From Octopus sinensis (Eukaryota), in NCBI RefSeq assembly GCF_006345805.1, contig NC_042997.1, positions 62,496,001 through 62,560,000 on the forward strand: a stretch of DNA of 64,000 nucleotides, written 5' to 3'. A program made the position numbers and the translations under genes. Each line of letters begins with the position of its first letter. The stretch's first letter is position 1. Positions 52,791 to 64,000 of the stretch are shown here, piece after piece. The notes below the pieces were generated by a model. The model made no database searches. It worked only from the letters and a program-made list of their open reading frames with translations, and was not told the DNA's origin.

Positions 52791-55298
52791 TATGATATTG
52801 CTGTGGGCTCTCTCTCTCTCTCTCTATGTACGTCTGTCTGCATTCCTAGAGAAAATTATTATCGTCACCACCACCACACAATCATGAGAACAAATATTAT
52901 GAATCAGATATTTATTGGGTTAATTTATATATGCGTGTGTGTGTATCTACATATAAATATGTATATATAATGTATATATACAAAGTGTATATATCTGTAT
53001 TCATATATTTATGTGCGTGTGTGTGTGTGTGTATAATTTGTATACATTTGTATATATAATGCGTACACACACATATAATGCTTATATATATACATATATA
53101 TATTTAATGCGTATATATATATATACATCATGTGTGCATTATGTCGTCGGTTGAGCATATCTCAGTCCGGTCCGGGAATCGAACTCATTACCTCTTGGTT
53201 GTGAGCCCGATGCTCTTACCACTAGGCCATTCGCCTTCACACACGTATTTAGATGTACAGTTTATATATCAATGAATGGTCATATCAAGAACATTTTTAA
53301 AAGAGTTTATTTTGTATTTTCCTTGAAGATTGAAGTCTGATCCTTTTTCATATTAAAAGTATTTGAATATAGAACTGTGACATCTCATTTTGCAACTTCT
53401 TGGAAAAATTACTGATATAAGTAGCTCAAGCGGACTCATGACCTGGTTTCATGATTCTGACAGTAGTAATTACCAGCATAGTAGTCATGGGTGAGAAGAT
53501 ATGCATTAACTTCAATAAAGAATTTCATGAAGCGTAGTAGGTAATCTAAAATTTTATCAATGACCAATATTTAACTTCCATTATGAAAACTCATCGTCGT
53601 AACCGACTGAGTGTCACTTAATATATAGGGATATTAATGAAAGTTTATATCATTTTATATGCAGGATATGTTTCACATTAAGTATCACACACACACACAC
53701 ACACACACACTCACTCATTCACTCACACACACAGATCTTTCAGATAGATAGACAGACAGACACACACACTCACACACACGCGCGCGCGCGCGCATATGTA
53801 TGTGCAAGTACTTAGAAATTTTTGCTTTGCTACCCTGGTGCGCATTTATCCAACCAGTCTGGCTTGAACTGTAAACCGTGGTGAAGGCAACTAGACCCAG
53901 GAGATGAAGAAATTTAACGGAAAAACTAGTGATAAGTTGTTTATTAAGCTTCTGGTGAACATTTTGTCGCCTACATTGGTGGGTGGCCCGAAGCAGCTCT
54001 GTGTCTTGGTGGAAGAAGCCGAAACACCTACAGAGTTACTTCACCCCATTATAAGACACCAACTCTTATGTTTGGAAGAGACGTGTTCCCCTAACTCTTT
54101 AAACCCGGAGTCATTGCGTGTTTGCACCACCTGCTAGAGTAAGCTGAAAATCTCCTTCAATCGGCCTCGTTTTTTATTTAAAAAAAAAAGAAAAATGATC
54201 ACATTTGGTAGATCAATTCCAAATTCACCTATACTTGAAATAAAATGTCTGGAACGCATTATATCTTTGATTTGCTCAATTAGAGCTGACATGGTTTGAA
54301 ACCCAACAATCTCTCATTTGGTAAGTATCTGCAGTTTCGCAGAATTCAGTATTGCGGTTATATAATGTTGAAGATATTTGAAAGATGCCCCAATGTTAAG
54401 GGTGATGCAGAAAGACATTTCCGAAGCTGCAATTAATGAAGTTTGGAGAAATTTGATGTTAAGTGGTGGACTGTGTGTGGACGTGCCGTTCTATGCTAGG
54501 TTAATGCTGGGTGAAAGAGTGTTTTGGCTACATGAGGGTATAAGACGTAGGAGAGTAAATTTTCAATAGATTCCAATTACACATGAACGCACGCGTGCGA
54601 GTGTATGTACGTGCGTGCGTGCGTACGTGCGTGCATATGTATGTATGTATGTATGTATAGATGTATGTGTGTATATACGTGATATCGAAGAGGTTGTAGA
54701 TCATTGTCTTCTTGAGTTTATAGACAGACCAATGAAAGCGGAAACTCCTTGCCCTATTCATATATCCTCACAATAAAATAAAAATAGCAAATCAAATTAA
54801 AATAGAAATATAAGAGATACAAAGAGGACTTTATTCCCCAATAGTGAACTTTTTTCCAGCAGTAAATTAGACCAGTATTTCTCAAAGTGATTCACATGAA
54901 AAAAAAATGATAAGAATTTATTTTATAAACGAAAGGTATTCGTTATTTTCTGAGTACTGTTATATGTTTTAGATACAAATAGATATGTTCTCTAACCCCT
55001 AACTTGATGACATTAAAATTAAGGCGGCAACAGATGAGCGTAAAATGTTGACATGGAGTCCTCAATTTTGGAAAATTGCAGAAGTTTTTCGCAGAAAAAA
55101 ATTCAGTTTGAAAACTGCTAAATTACAGCACTTGCTTATTCACAATTAAATGAATGATCAGTTCGACATGTGTGTTCATTATTAACTTCTTTCTCACCCA
55201 TCGATAATTCCTGTTATTAACATATATATTGTATATAAATACACAGACGCGCACGCACAAACACACTCGCACACACACACAGACACACAGACACACAA

Positions 55299-55338
<40 letters not shown>

Positions 55339-55689
55339 GCATGATACATCTATCCATATACTGACGATGGGGAGCTGAAAAGTTCCTGACTTCGAATAAA
55401 AGAAATTACAGGAGGATCAGTTAATTATGATTTTATTCAACGTATTTCCCTCTCGCATTCACACACTTATTGCAGCGATCCTTCAGTTTTTCTAAGCCCT
55501 ATAGAGGAAGAACCTGGAAGGTTGGGCCTCCAAACAGGTCTTCCGTGATACCCTTACAGCCAGGAACTTTTCAGCACCCTCTTCTACATGTATGTATACA
55601 CCATACATATATGCTGGCATCAATCCATTCTTCCATGCATCCATACAAACATACATATACAAAATAACACACACACACATATACATTTG

Positions 55690-56800
55690 GGATACTAGAC
55701 TGGTCTGTAGAGGAAGTCCATTTTATAGACATTAAAACCCGCAAGGTACTGACACCAATTGGAAACTGCCACCGAAGCAGTGATATCGACAAACTCTACC
55801 TAAGAAGATATGGAGATAGAGGCTTGAGATCAGTGTAGACAGATTCGAATGTCTCACAGTATCTCTCAGACAGGACTTGTCTCATTGTATCTCTCAGTCA
55901 GCAAAATAGTAACAAAAATAAATACATAAACTTTGTGCTGAAAGGTGAAAAGAACATTCTACGTGTTGGCAGTGAGCTTCACGAGAAGCACTCTCTACTT
56001 GATGATCTCCCACACAACCCCAAAACAGCTGGACTAACATACCTAATAGAAGGCCTCAACGTGAAACATTCGGTATACCTAACAAAAAAAATGACTATGC
56101 TTGGGTATGCTTCCCGAAGACTTGAGGAAGACAGTTATATCGCCATGAAGTACAACCTTTCTTGGACTCGTGACCGCTACATTACACTTCAAGAATATGA
56201 AATTGCTACGAAATACTTAAGAAGCAAAAGTGATAGTGAAGCTATTGGAACTCCAGGATACAACACGAAATATAGATTATAGATTATGTCATATTTCCGC
56301 AGAAGACATCACACATTTGATTAGCAGCTCCCCAAAAGTGTTTTGAAGCTACTGCTTCCGTATGCGACACGACTTTGCCGTAAAAACAATATACAATTCC
56401 ATTCGAGAAATAAACTGTCCTGGAATAAATATAGAGAATCGCCTTGTTAGTGAATATATGCACAAATACCAACACAAGATATACTGGTGGAACATGCCCA
56501 TCAAAACATCTGTCAAGTGTAAACATAAAAGGGTGGACAATGTTCTGTAGAAGAGACGAGAAAATTTGTGTACCGTCATAGAAGGCTAACTGGACAATTG
56601 CTTCGAATTCTCCAGCTTCTGTATCCTAACCATAAATTGGTGCACTTGGTTTTGTGAGTAAAGGCCTAAGTGACAATCTGGATAAGCTAGAATTTTCAGA
56701 AAAAGAAATCAACCGACAAACTCACACATTACAAATACAATCCGAAAGTGGAACAGTGAAAATATGTAAGACTTTAGTCAAGTCTGAAATGTGACACTGT
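55690..56800 (+). mobile_element. Degenerate RLE-type (R4/NeSL-like) LINE 3' half
   Basis: LYLRRYGDRG-like motif, TLQEYEIATKYL, CHISAEDITHLISS (CCHC), RHDFAVK, YWWNMPIKT. Confidence 0.75.
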
Positions 56801-57005
56801 TTTTGTTATTTGCATTGGAACGATCGAGATATTCAACTTTATTGGAAACCTGCTCCTTCCTCGGAGAAAGATTTCAAATAATTAAAAACAGAGTAGAACA
56901 TACATGCATCGTACATACATACACATATAGGCACTCATACACACACACACACACACTCACATACATACATGTGTGTGTGAGTGTGTGTAGGTATATATGT
57001 ATGTA

Positions 57006-57048
<43 letters not shown>

Positions 57049-57109
57049 ATATATATATATATTATATATATACATATATATGCATATATATATATATGTG
57101 TGTATATAT

Positions 57110-57151
<42 letters not shown>

Positions 57152-57205
57152 TATGTATGTACATACATACATATATATATATATATATTATATATATATA
57201 TATAT

Positions 57206-57243
<38 letters not shown>

Positions 57244-57279
57244 TATGTAAATGTAATATGTGACACAATTATTCGGTAG

Positions 57280-57347
57280 CCATGATAAAACTCCGAGTTT
57301 CGGATGCCGGGGTAGAAATCCACGCCACTATGTCTTCAGTTATCTGG
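57280..57347 (-). ncRNA. Type I hammerhead ribozyme motif, family C
   Basis: CCAGAUAA-CUGAAGA-[decayed long stem II]-GAAA-CUC(G)GAGU-U-UUAUC(A)UGG: stem I 8 bp with one bulge, near-palindromic stem III, GUU triplet; inverted partial copy at 57367-57412. Confidence 0.65.
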
Positions 57348-57479
57348 CCATCGGAAAAATGCTAACAGAGTTTTATCATGGCTACCGAATAATTGTCTCA
57401 TATTACATTTACAGATAAATTCCTCTATTTACATAATATCGAAGTCTCGTTTATTCTTTTGTTGTCTTACCATTTTTAT

Positions 57480-57517
<38 letters not shown>

Positions 57518-58692
57518 GCATTTATGGTTACAGGACGTCACCAATGGTGCAAGTAACATGAAATGCGTAAACAAACGAGGGAAAAACGAGGGGAATATAT
57601 AAAAAACGATAAAAAATAGAAAGAAGGACAAGTAGACACAGAGAAAAGAACCTTCATCAGTTGTTGGCTGTCTACCTACTCCTCATTTCGAGCGTTCAAC
57701 GACAATATCAGTCTTTAAAGACAGTTGCTCCCATACATTCCAAAATAAAATTTAGGATTTATGGAGGATCAAAGTTGGGACCAAAAAGTGACAGCGGAGA
57801 CATACAAGGGAACCGAACAAGAAGGAAATAGTGAACGCTGAGAGAAACATTTTTTTTTTTAAAGAGAAAAGATAGAAGAGAGAGAAAAACACGTCTGTTT
57901 TTTAAACCTCTGTGCAGAAAAAGAAAGATCGTCACGCGAGGAAAAGAAAGATGGACGATGGTCATGTGTGAGCAACGAGAGAGAGAGGTAAAAAGAGAAA
58001 GATGGGAGATAAAAGCCAGAATACCAGGAACACAATACAGGTATTAGAATAAATCATTCTGACAAACAAAACTAATATCCATGAGAAAATTAATGCGTTC
58101 AAATTTCTTTGGTCTTAAATTTTAAAGAGGAACAACAATGCACCAACGTTCGTCAAAGTTCCCAAAACCTGGACATCATCTCATTTCAATGATGACAGTG
58201 GTCCATTATTGTCACGTTTCTCTAGTAAGTAAAAAGGATCATGGAAATAATTCTGAAATTGAAAAAAATTAATATTAATACTACATTTGAAATTGTTTAG
58301 TGGTTGTGTTCAAATTCCTTTTATAGTTTGTCATATAGCGTTTGTATGAATGTGTTTGTGAGTGTGCGCATATAAATATGTATGAATATGTGTGTGTATG
58401 TGTGTGTGAGTTGCTTTTGTGTCCTTATTTTATGGAGTTCTATGAAGGATAGTAGAATTATCAGTTAATGATTTATTTAACCTAAATTTGTTTTGCTCTA
58501 ATTCATACCATTTCTTTACAATATGCTTGGTGCGTGTGTACTTCATAAATAAGTGGGGTTTGTTAAGTCAGGATTGAGGCGTTACTCTTCTCTCCTGTTA
58601 TTATCATTGTGATTAAAACTATACGCATCGTTTCCTTATTACTCAAACCCTCTGTGTGTGTGCGCGCGTGTGCGTGTGTGTGTGTGTGTGTG

Positions 58693-58743
<51 letters not shown>

Positions 58744-59679
58744 ATGATTGGCTACTTAATTATTTCGGTCTGTCAAGTCTTACACATAAATTTTTGGTAA
58801 ATCCTATAGTCAAGAAGAAAACATCTAACCAAAGTACTGCACCCTGAGATCGAACGAAGAGCTATATTGTTTCGTAGCATTTAGCCACACGGCTATAACT
58901 GTTGGGCATTTCCACCTCTCTCTCCCTCCTCTCTCTGTCTTGCTTCCTCCAAGTATACCGGGTAAAGGATTCTCAAACAGTTTCCTTACATTTTTCAGCC
59001 GTCCCGATTTCTCAATAAGATAAATTGATCTTAGAATCTCTGTCATTTGCGTAGCTTAATTTCTATGATGTGTCGATATTTTCCTAGTATTTGCATACCA
59101 GTTAGAGAGTAAGATGGCAGAGCCGAATTGTCCGCAAATATTCGTTAATCCCTTTCGGGAAATACAAGCAATTTCGTCTGTTGAATTCATCTTATGTCTT
59201 TCTTTTACAGGGCTTAGAAAAAATGAAGGATTGCTGCAATAAGTGTGTGAATCTGGGATGAGAATATGTTGAATAAAACAATAATTAAATTATCTTCCTC
59301 TATTTTCTTTTACTAAAATCCAAGTACTTTTCTGCACTTCCTCTTGTATATACGCATTTTATCAAAAGTGACAGTACACTTAGATCTACTTAATCTACCC
59401 CCGTGTGAATTAAATAGTTAGGCATGAATTAAATAGTTAGCAATTTATATATGAGTGGTTTGAACTTGAATGGTTGTATATCGATGATGTGATAAATGTC
59501 TTGAAAAACTAACTTTAGTATGTAGGGATCTACAAATATTTATATGCGCATATCGCCCCTAAATTACGGGACGTAAACAAGCAAGTACCGATTGTCAGTT
59601 GTAGAGACAAACCAATACATACGCAAAAATACACTCTCACATATATACCCTTTCATATGTATATATATCCCCTGAATCG

Positions 59680-61790
59680 GCTAGGCTGTCTGGCGCCGAA
59701 TCGGCACCACTGGCCACAGCATTTCTTCCATTTCCTTCGTGCTCTCGCCATTCTCAACGTTGTTCTAAACATCCTTCTAAATCGTCTTCCCACCTGACTG
59801 GCGGTCTTCCGAGTAGTCTCTACCATTCTTCAAGGTGCCAATCGACAACTGCACGGGTCCACCGATTATCTGTGGACCTTGCAACATTACCAGCCCATGG
59901 TAGATTTGCTTAGTGGTATTCTGCAACAACGTACTTCACTCCAGTTCTATTCCTGATCTCGTTCCGGATATGATCTCTTAGCGAGATTCCCAGCTTTGAC
60001 CTTTCCATGTCTCACTGCGCTGTAAACAGATGTTCTCTCTTCGAGCGAGGATTTTCAATAGCTGCTCTTCGCCGGCTTACAGCATTTCAGATGTTATACC
60101 ATCATCGCCCAGTACTTCTCCTCTGTTTATCAGCTTGAGGGCTCTCTCGATTTCACTGATCAGAATAGATAGTACTTTCTCTCCTTCATTTTCCAACGAC
60201 GGAGGCGCAGCTACTGCTCTAGATTTAAAGAGGTTTATGTAGAAAGACTTGCAGACTTCTTCCACACCTCTCCTGCATTGCCATCCTGGTACTTCAGCGT
60301 CGTTACTTCCGTTCTATAAAGCATTATCTCCCTTTCGCTCTTCCATTCTTGTGAAGTCTTCAGGACTTCTCTTTTCTGTACCTCTCGAAGTCATTCTCAA
60401 AGCATCGTCTCATTGTCTAGCAAGGAACATAATATTCCACCAGGGGTTCTCTATCTCTATTCATGCTTCTCCGCTTTCCCATCAGCTTCTTTGTCTACTC
60501 TGAGATCCTTCCTGTTTCGTTCGGAACTGCGACCTTTTTACTCTTCAAGCTTTTCTTCAACTTCTGGATCAGTGTCGTCATCTATTAACATCAAGCTGAT
60601 CCCAGGATTCTTTCCCGAGGGCTCCTCTCAGCTGTTCTTCCTTCACAATCTTCATATATTGTTCTTTCGACGCTAACTATAGCTCTTTTTCTTCCTTCTA
60701 ACCCAACACAATTTTGGCCGGCACAAGGCGGTGGTCACTTCATGCGTTGAACGGCGTAACTACAGAGATGTCTTGTAGAGTACGCCTTTTACCGACCAAG
60801 ATGTAGTCGATCTAATTTCGGTCCCTTGGTTTCGGGGCGATCCAGTTCCATCTGTTCCTGGCCCTGTTGCTGATGACCAACCCTTTCGACTCTGTCATGG
60901 TGACTACACGTGCTCTCTGATTTCTCTCACCGAGCCCGAATATTCCCACGTACTCCCCACCTTGTCGCCCGTTTTCCAACTTTGGCGTTGAAATATCCCA
61001 TCACGACAGTGTATGTAGGTCTGCTGGCTAGAGCACGCTCTACGTCAAGATAGAAATCTTCCACTTCATCGTTGTCGCCAGCGTACGTCTGGATGATCTT
61101 CAAGGTCGCCTTCTTCAAGATTTGAATGTTCAGCACACCTATTCGTGTAGAAACGAAGTGGCAATATATAACCCCAGTTCATCCCTTGCTGATCACAAGA
61201 CCTATACCATTGATTGCTCTGAGATCTTCTGCACAACTCAAGAAGCTTCCGTTTGACCATCTTGCACTCAACTCTTTTCGCTGACACGTCTCACAAAACA
61301 CGAGGACGTCGTAATTGATTTCCTTTCTCTCCTTCATAAGATGATTCAAGCCAGTCCCCACTGCCACTCCCCAACTTGAAGTTGTAGGTGCATATGGTGA
61401 GGTTAGTCAATTTCCTTCGCGGCTTCTTGCAACCTGAGATTTTCAGCAGCCTCTCGCTGCTCGGATTACTCCCCGCCGCCATGGAGCGCAGGCTACAGAG
61501 GCCCATTAACCTAATGCTGTTTTAGCCATAAGTTGACGCCACCCCGGTTGCTTTTTTGTTTGAGGTGTATTCCTGTAGCGTTGCCCCCTTTCGACCCCCA
61601 AGGCATTTTTGTTTGATGACCGTTGACTAGTCATGAGTTCCTCCGCCCTTTGACGAGTCTTGTTTTCTGTCCCACAAACACTCTTCTCATCAAGCAAGCT
61701 CGGTGAGGTTACCAGTTTAGACGCTGATAACACGCCCATGCAACAGGTTGTACTGGGTTATATGTTACCAGTAGTGCTCGATACCGACCT
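59680..61790 (-). mobile_element. RTE-clade LINE remnant: 5'UTR, APE endonuclease and RT pieces with internal deletions
   Basis: LTICTYN, YDVLVFCET, IIQTYA, VVMGYFNAKVG, GEVLGDDGITSEML; C-terminal kwagnvarstdnrw-like segment. Confidence 0.85.
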
Positions 61791-61799
61791 GACATAGTT

Positions 61800-61867
<68 letters not shown>

Positions 61868-63532
61868 ATATATGTATGTATGTATGTATACGTATGTATG
61901 TATATGTGTATGTATATATATGTATGTATACAACAGGTTTCCACATAGTTTCCATCTACTAAATTCTCTCACAAGGCATCGGTCACTTAAGGCTATAGTT
62001 GAAGATGCTTGCTCAATGTGCTGCGCAGTGGAACTGAAAAAGCCTGCACCTATAAAAAGAACATGATCCCTTTATCAAATTTACAAGTACAGACATATAT
62101 TCTACCATGGAAGACCATAAATAATAATGCACATGTACTATCTTGAATCATTACCATTGTACACATACTTGTCTGTCGAAGCGACGAAGACCATCTGGTT
62201 ATCGTTAAGGACGACCGATGACCAGTGCTGCGACTTTGCTTAAAGTGAACAATTGCGCACTGTCAATGTCAAGACAACTGGGGATGGAAACTGAAGCAGT
62301 GGCTAACATGATGTTTTAATTGCTTCATCTTGCTTTCTGCATTCACAATGCATTGTTGTAGCCGCTTTCCTTTCTGTTGAACTATAAACGCTTCTTCCGC
62401 AGAGTCCGCCAGAAGTAGCCTTCCCATACATAGGCAGACAAGTCCAAACAGGCTAATTAACCCACAGCTGAGACCCTGATAGGCGCTGCTATTCCGAGTC
62501 AGAGCAACCTGGGAACAATGGTGGCTATGGGGTTTATTCCACACTCCTCAATACCCTGGATCTCTCGAATCATCTCCGCCTCCTTCACATATATTGCCAA
62601 TCTACTTATATTTTGGTTACAGTCTTCTATTAGAAAAAACGTTGGCTGAAGTGTTTAAATGACGTATAAGCTTTGCGTGAACTCGGCTCAGTGGTTAGAG
62701 CATCTGACTCACAATCATGAGGTAGTAAGTTCGATTCCCCGACTGGGTTGTGTGCTATATTCTTGAGAATGACGCTTTATTTCACGTTACTCCAGTTCAC
62801 TCAGCTGCAGAAATGAATTGCAACGTCACTTTCCTTTGGATAAAATTGCTGGCACGGAGATGGGAGTTTGGTATGCACAGTTATATCTACTAAATCTGTG
62901 CGTGAATGTGAGAGTGTGTGTGTGTGTGTGTGTGTACGTGTGCATGTGTGTGTTTGTGTGTGTGCGTGCGCGTGCGTGTATTTTAATTTCTTATTTTGCT
63001 ACTAATAAATATATTTGTGGGATTTTATGAAGGGTTGTAGAGATATCTAGTTTTGTTTTGCTTCGTTAAAAGCGAATTGTTTATAAAGTATGCATAACTA
63101 GCTATTAGTGCATAAAAAGAATTGAGGTGTGAGTTGAGAAGCAAACGTTTATGGTTTCTCAGATTTGAAAGCGTTTTGTTCGTTTAAGAACAAAGCGCTT
63201 TCAAATCTAAAAAAGCCATTCCCAATCGTTTAAGTTGCAATCATTGTTATGAAAACTATTAACACAGCGTTGTCTGACGTTCTGAATATATAGAAGAGAT
63301 GAAACATAATAATGCATGATATTTATATCGACGCTTTATTATTTTAACCACCACACAATCAATATACCTATGCAAAATGTCACTATATATGGGTGAGAGT
63401 ATGTGTGTATATATGTAGATATGTATATAGTTACATGTTTTAAGCATGAGCTTGCTGTAATACCAAGCTTACATTTAAAATTTGAAAGCTTTTTGCTTGT
63501 TTAAGAACAAAGCGCTTTCAAATCTAAGAAAC

Positions 63533-64000
63533 TGTGGGATTACGTCAGCAGCTGGGGAGCTGACCGGAACTTGGGAGCTGACTGGAACTTGGGAGCTGAC
63601 CGGAACTTAGGAGCTGACTGGAATAGGAAGAGTGCCGCGGTGACGCACGCGCAGGCAGGAGATGATTGGGCCTTTTTCGATCGGGGTAGCCAACGGTGCT
63701 GGACGTGTGAGCGCTTCGACAAGGTGAGGGACAGTAGCTGCTATTTTTAGCGTTCGGGTCGGGGCACGTGGAAGAGTGCGTTACCACCAGAGGTCTGCGT
63801 CGACGAAGAGAAGGTATGTGTCTTACCTCTAGTCTCCCGCATACACTACAAGCTATTTCGGCGATCCACATAAGACGTCACCACGATGGCAGCTAAACTC
63901 AGGATCGCCAGCGACGTTATCAAGCCCTTTAATGGTGAGGGCGATGTAGTGGCCTGGATGCGTAAAATCAGGCTTATGGTGAGATTGCAAGGCACTAGCG
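63533..64000 (+). mobile_element. LTR retrotransposon (Ty3/Gypsy-like) 5' part; gag starts at 63886 and runs off the window
   Basis: TG-starting segment with 18-bp tandem repeats (gctgaccggaacttggga x4); ORF MAAKLRIASDVIKPFNGEGDVVAWMRKIRLMVRLQG resembles gag N-termini. Confidence 0.6.

Noticed and set aside
57650-57710. CUGAUGA and GAAA on - strand as a hammerhead
   Set aside because: Order and flanking stems are not compatible with a type I/II/III fold.
62685-62760. tRNA gene candidates (also 53160-53240, 20730-20800)
   Set aside because: A/B boxes are present, but there is no full cloverleaf and they continue into SINE bodies.
5446-63447. Numerous ORF-track entries rich in YI, CV, HT, poly-I, poly-S or poly-N
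   Set aside because: Translations of (TA)n, (CA)n, (TATG)n and (ATT)n microsatellites; no splice or homology support.
63545-63871. 108-aa minus-strand ORF
   Set aside because: Antisense to the gag-bearing LTR segment and largely produced by 18-bp repeats; no recognisable domain.

Overview
AT-rich, microsatellite-laden animal genomic DNA. The SINE, LINE and Helitron repertoire looks like octopus/coleoid cephalopod (my recognition, not a database match). Only two host genes are supported: a convergent pair of paralogous calmodulin-like EF-hand genes with identical 3' exon/intron architecture and about 52% aa identity over the shared exons. Gene A is on + (exons 514-599 and 4525-4726; first exon upstream of the window). 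Gene B is on - and complete (CCAAT/TATA promoter; coding exons 50161-50033, 42951-42866, 38298-38097; 138 aa, three canonical EF loops plus a degenerate fourth). The rest is transposon-derived: two related decayed Helitrons in opposite orientation plus further Helitron remnants, many R4/Dong-type RLE-LINE fragments in (AAT)n tracts, RTE LINEs, a Tc1/mariner remnant and MITEs, tRNA-derived SINEs, and the start of an LTR gag. There are also at least 8 local inverted-repeat structures typical of Penelope-like element (PLE) pseudo-LTRs; several carry minimal type I hammerhead ribozyme folds belonging to three different sequence families. A ~1.4-2 kb piece of gene B intron 1 is duplicated in inverted orientation at 15.4-17.5 kb, and its partner shows the empty A^T site of one Helitron. 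All alignments and folds were done by eye; repeat boundaries are approximate.
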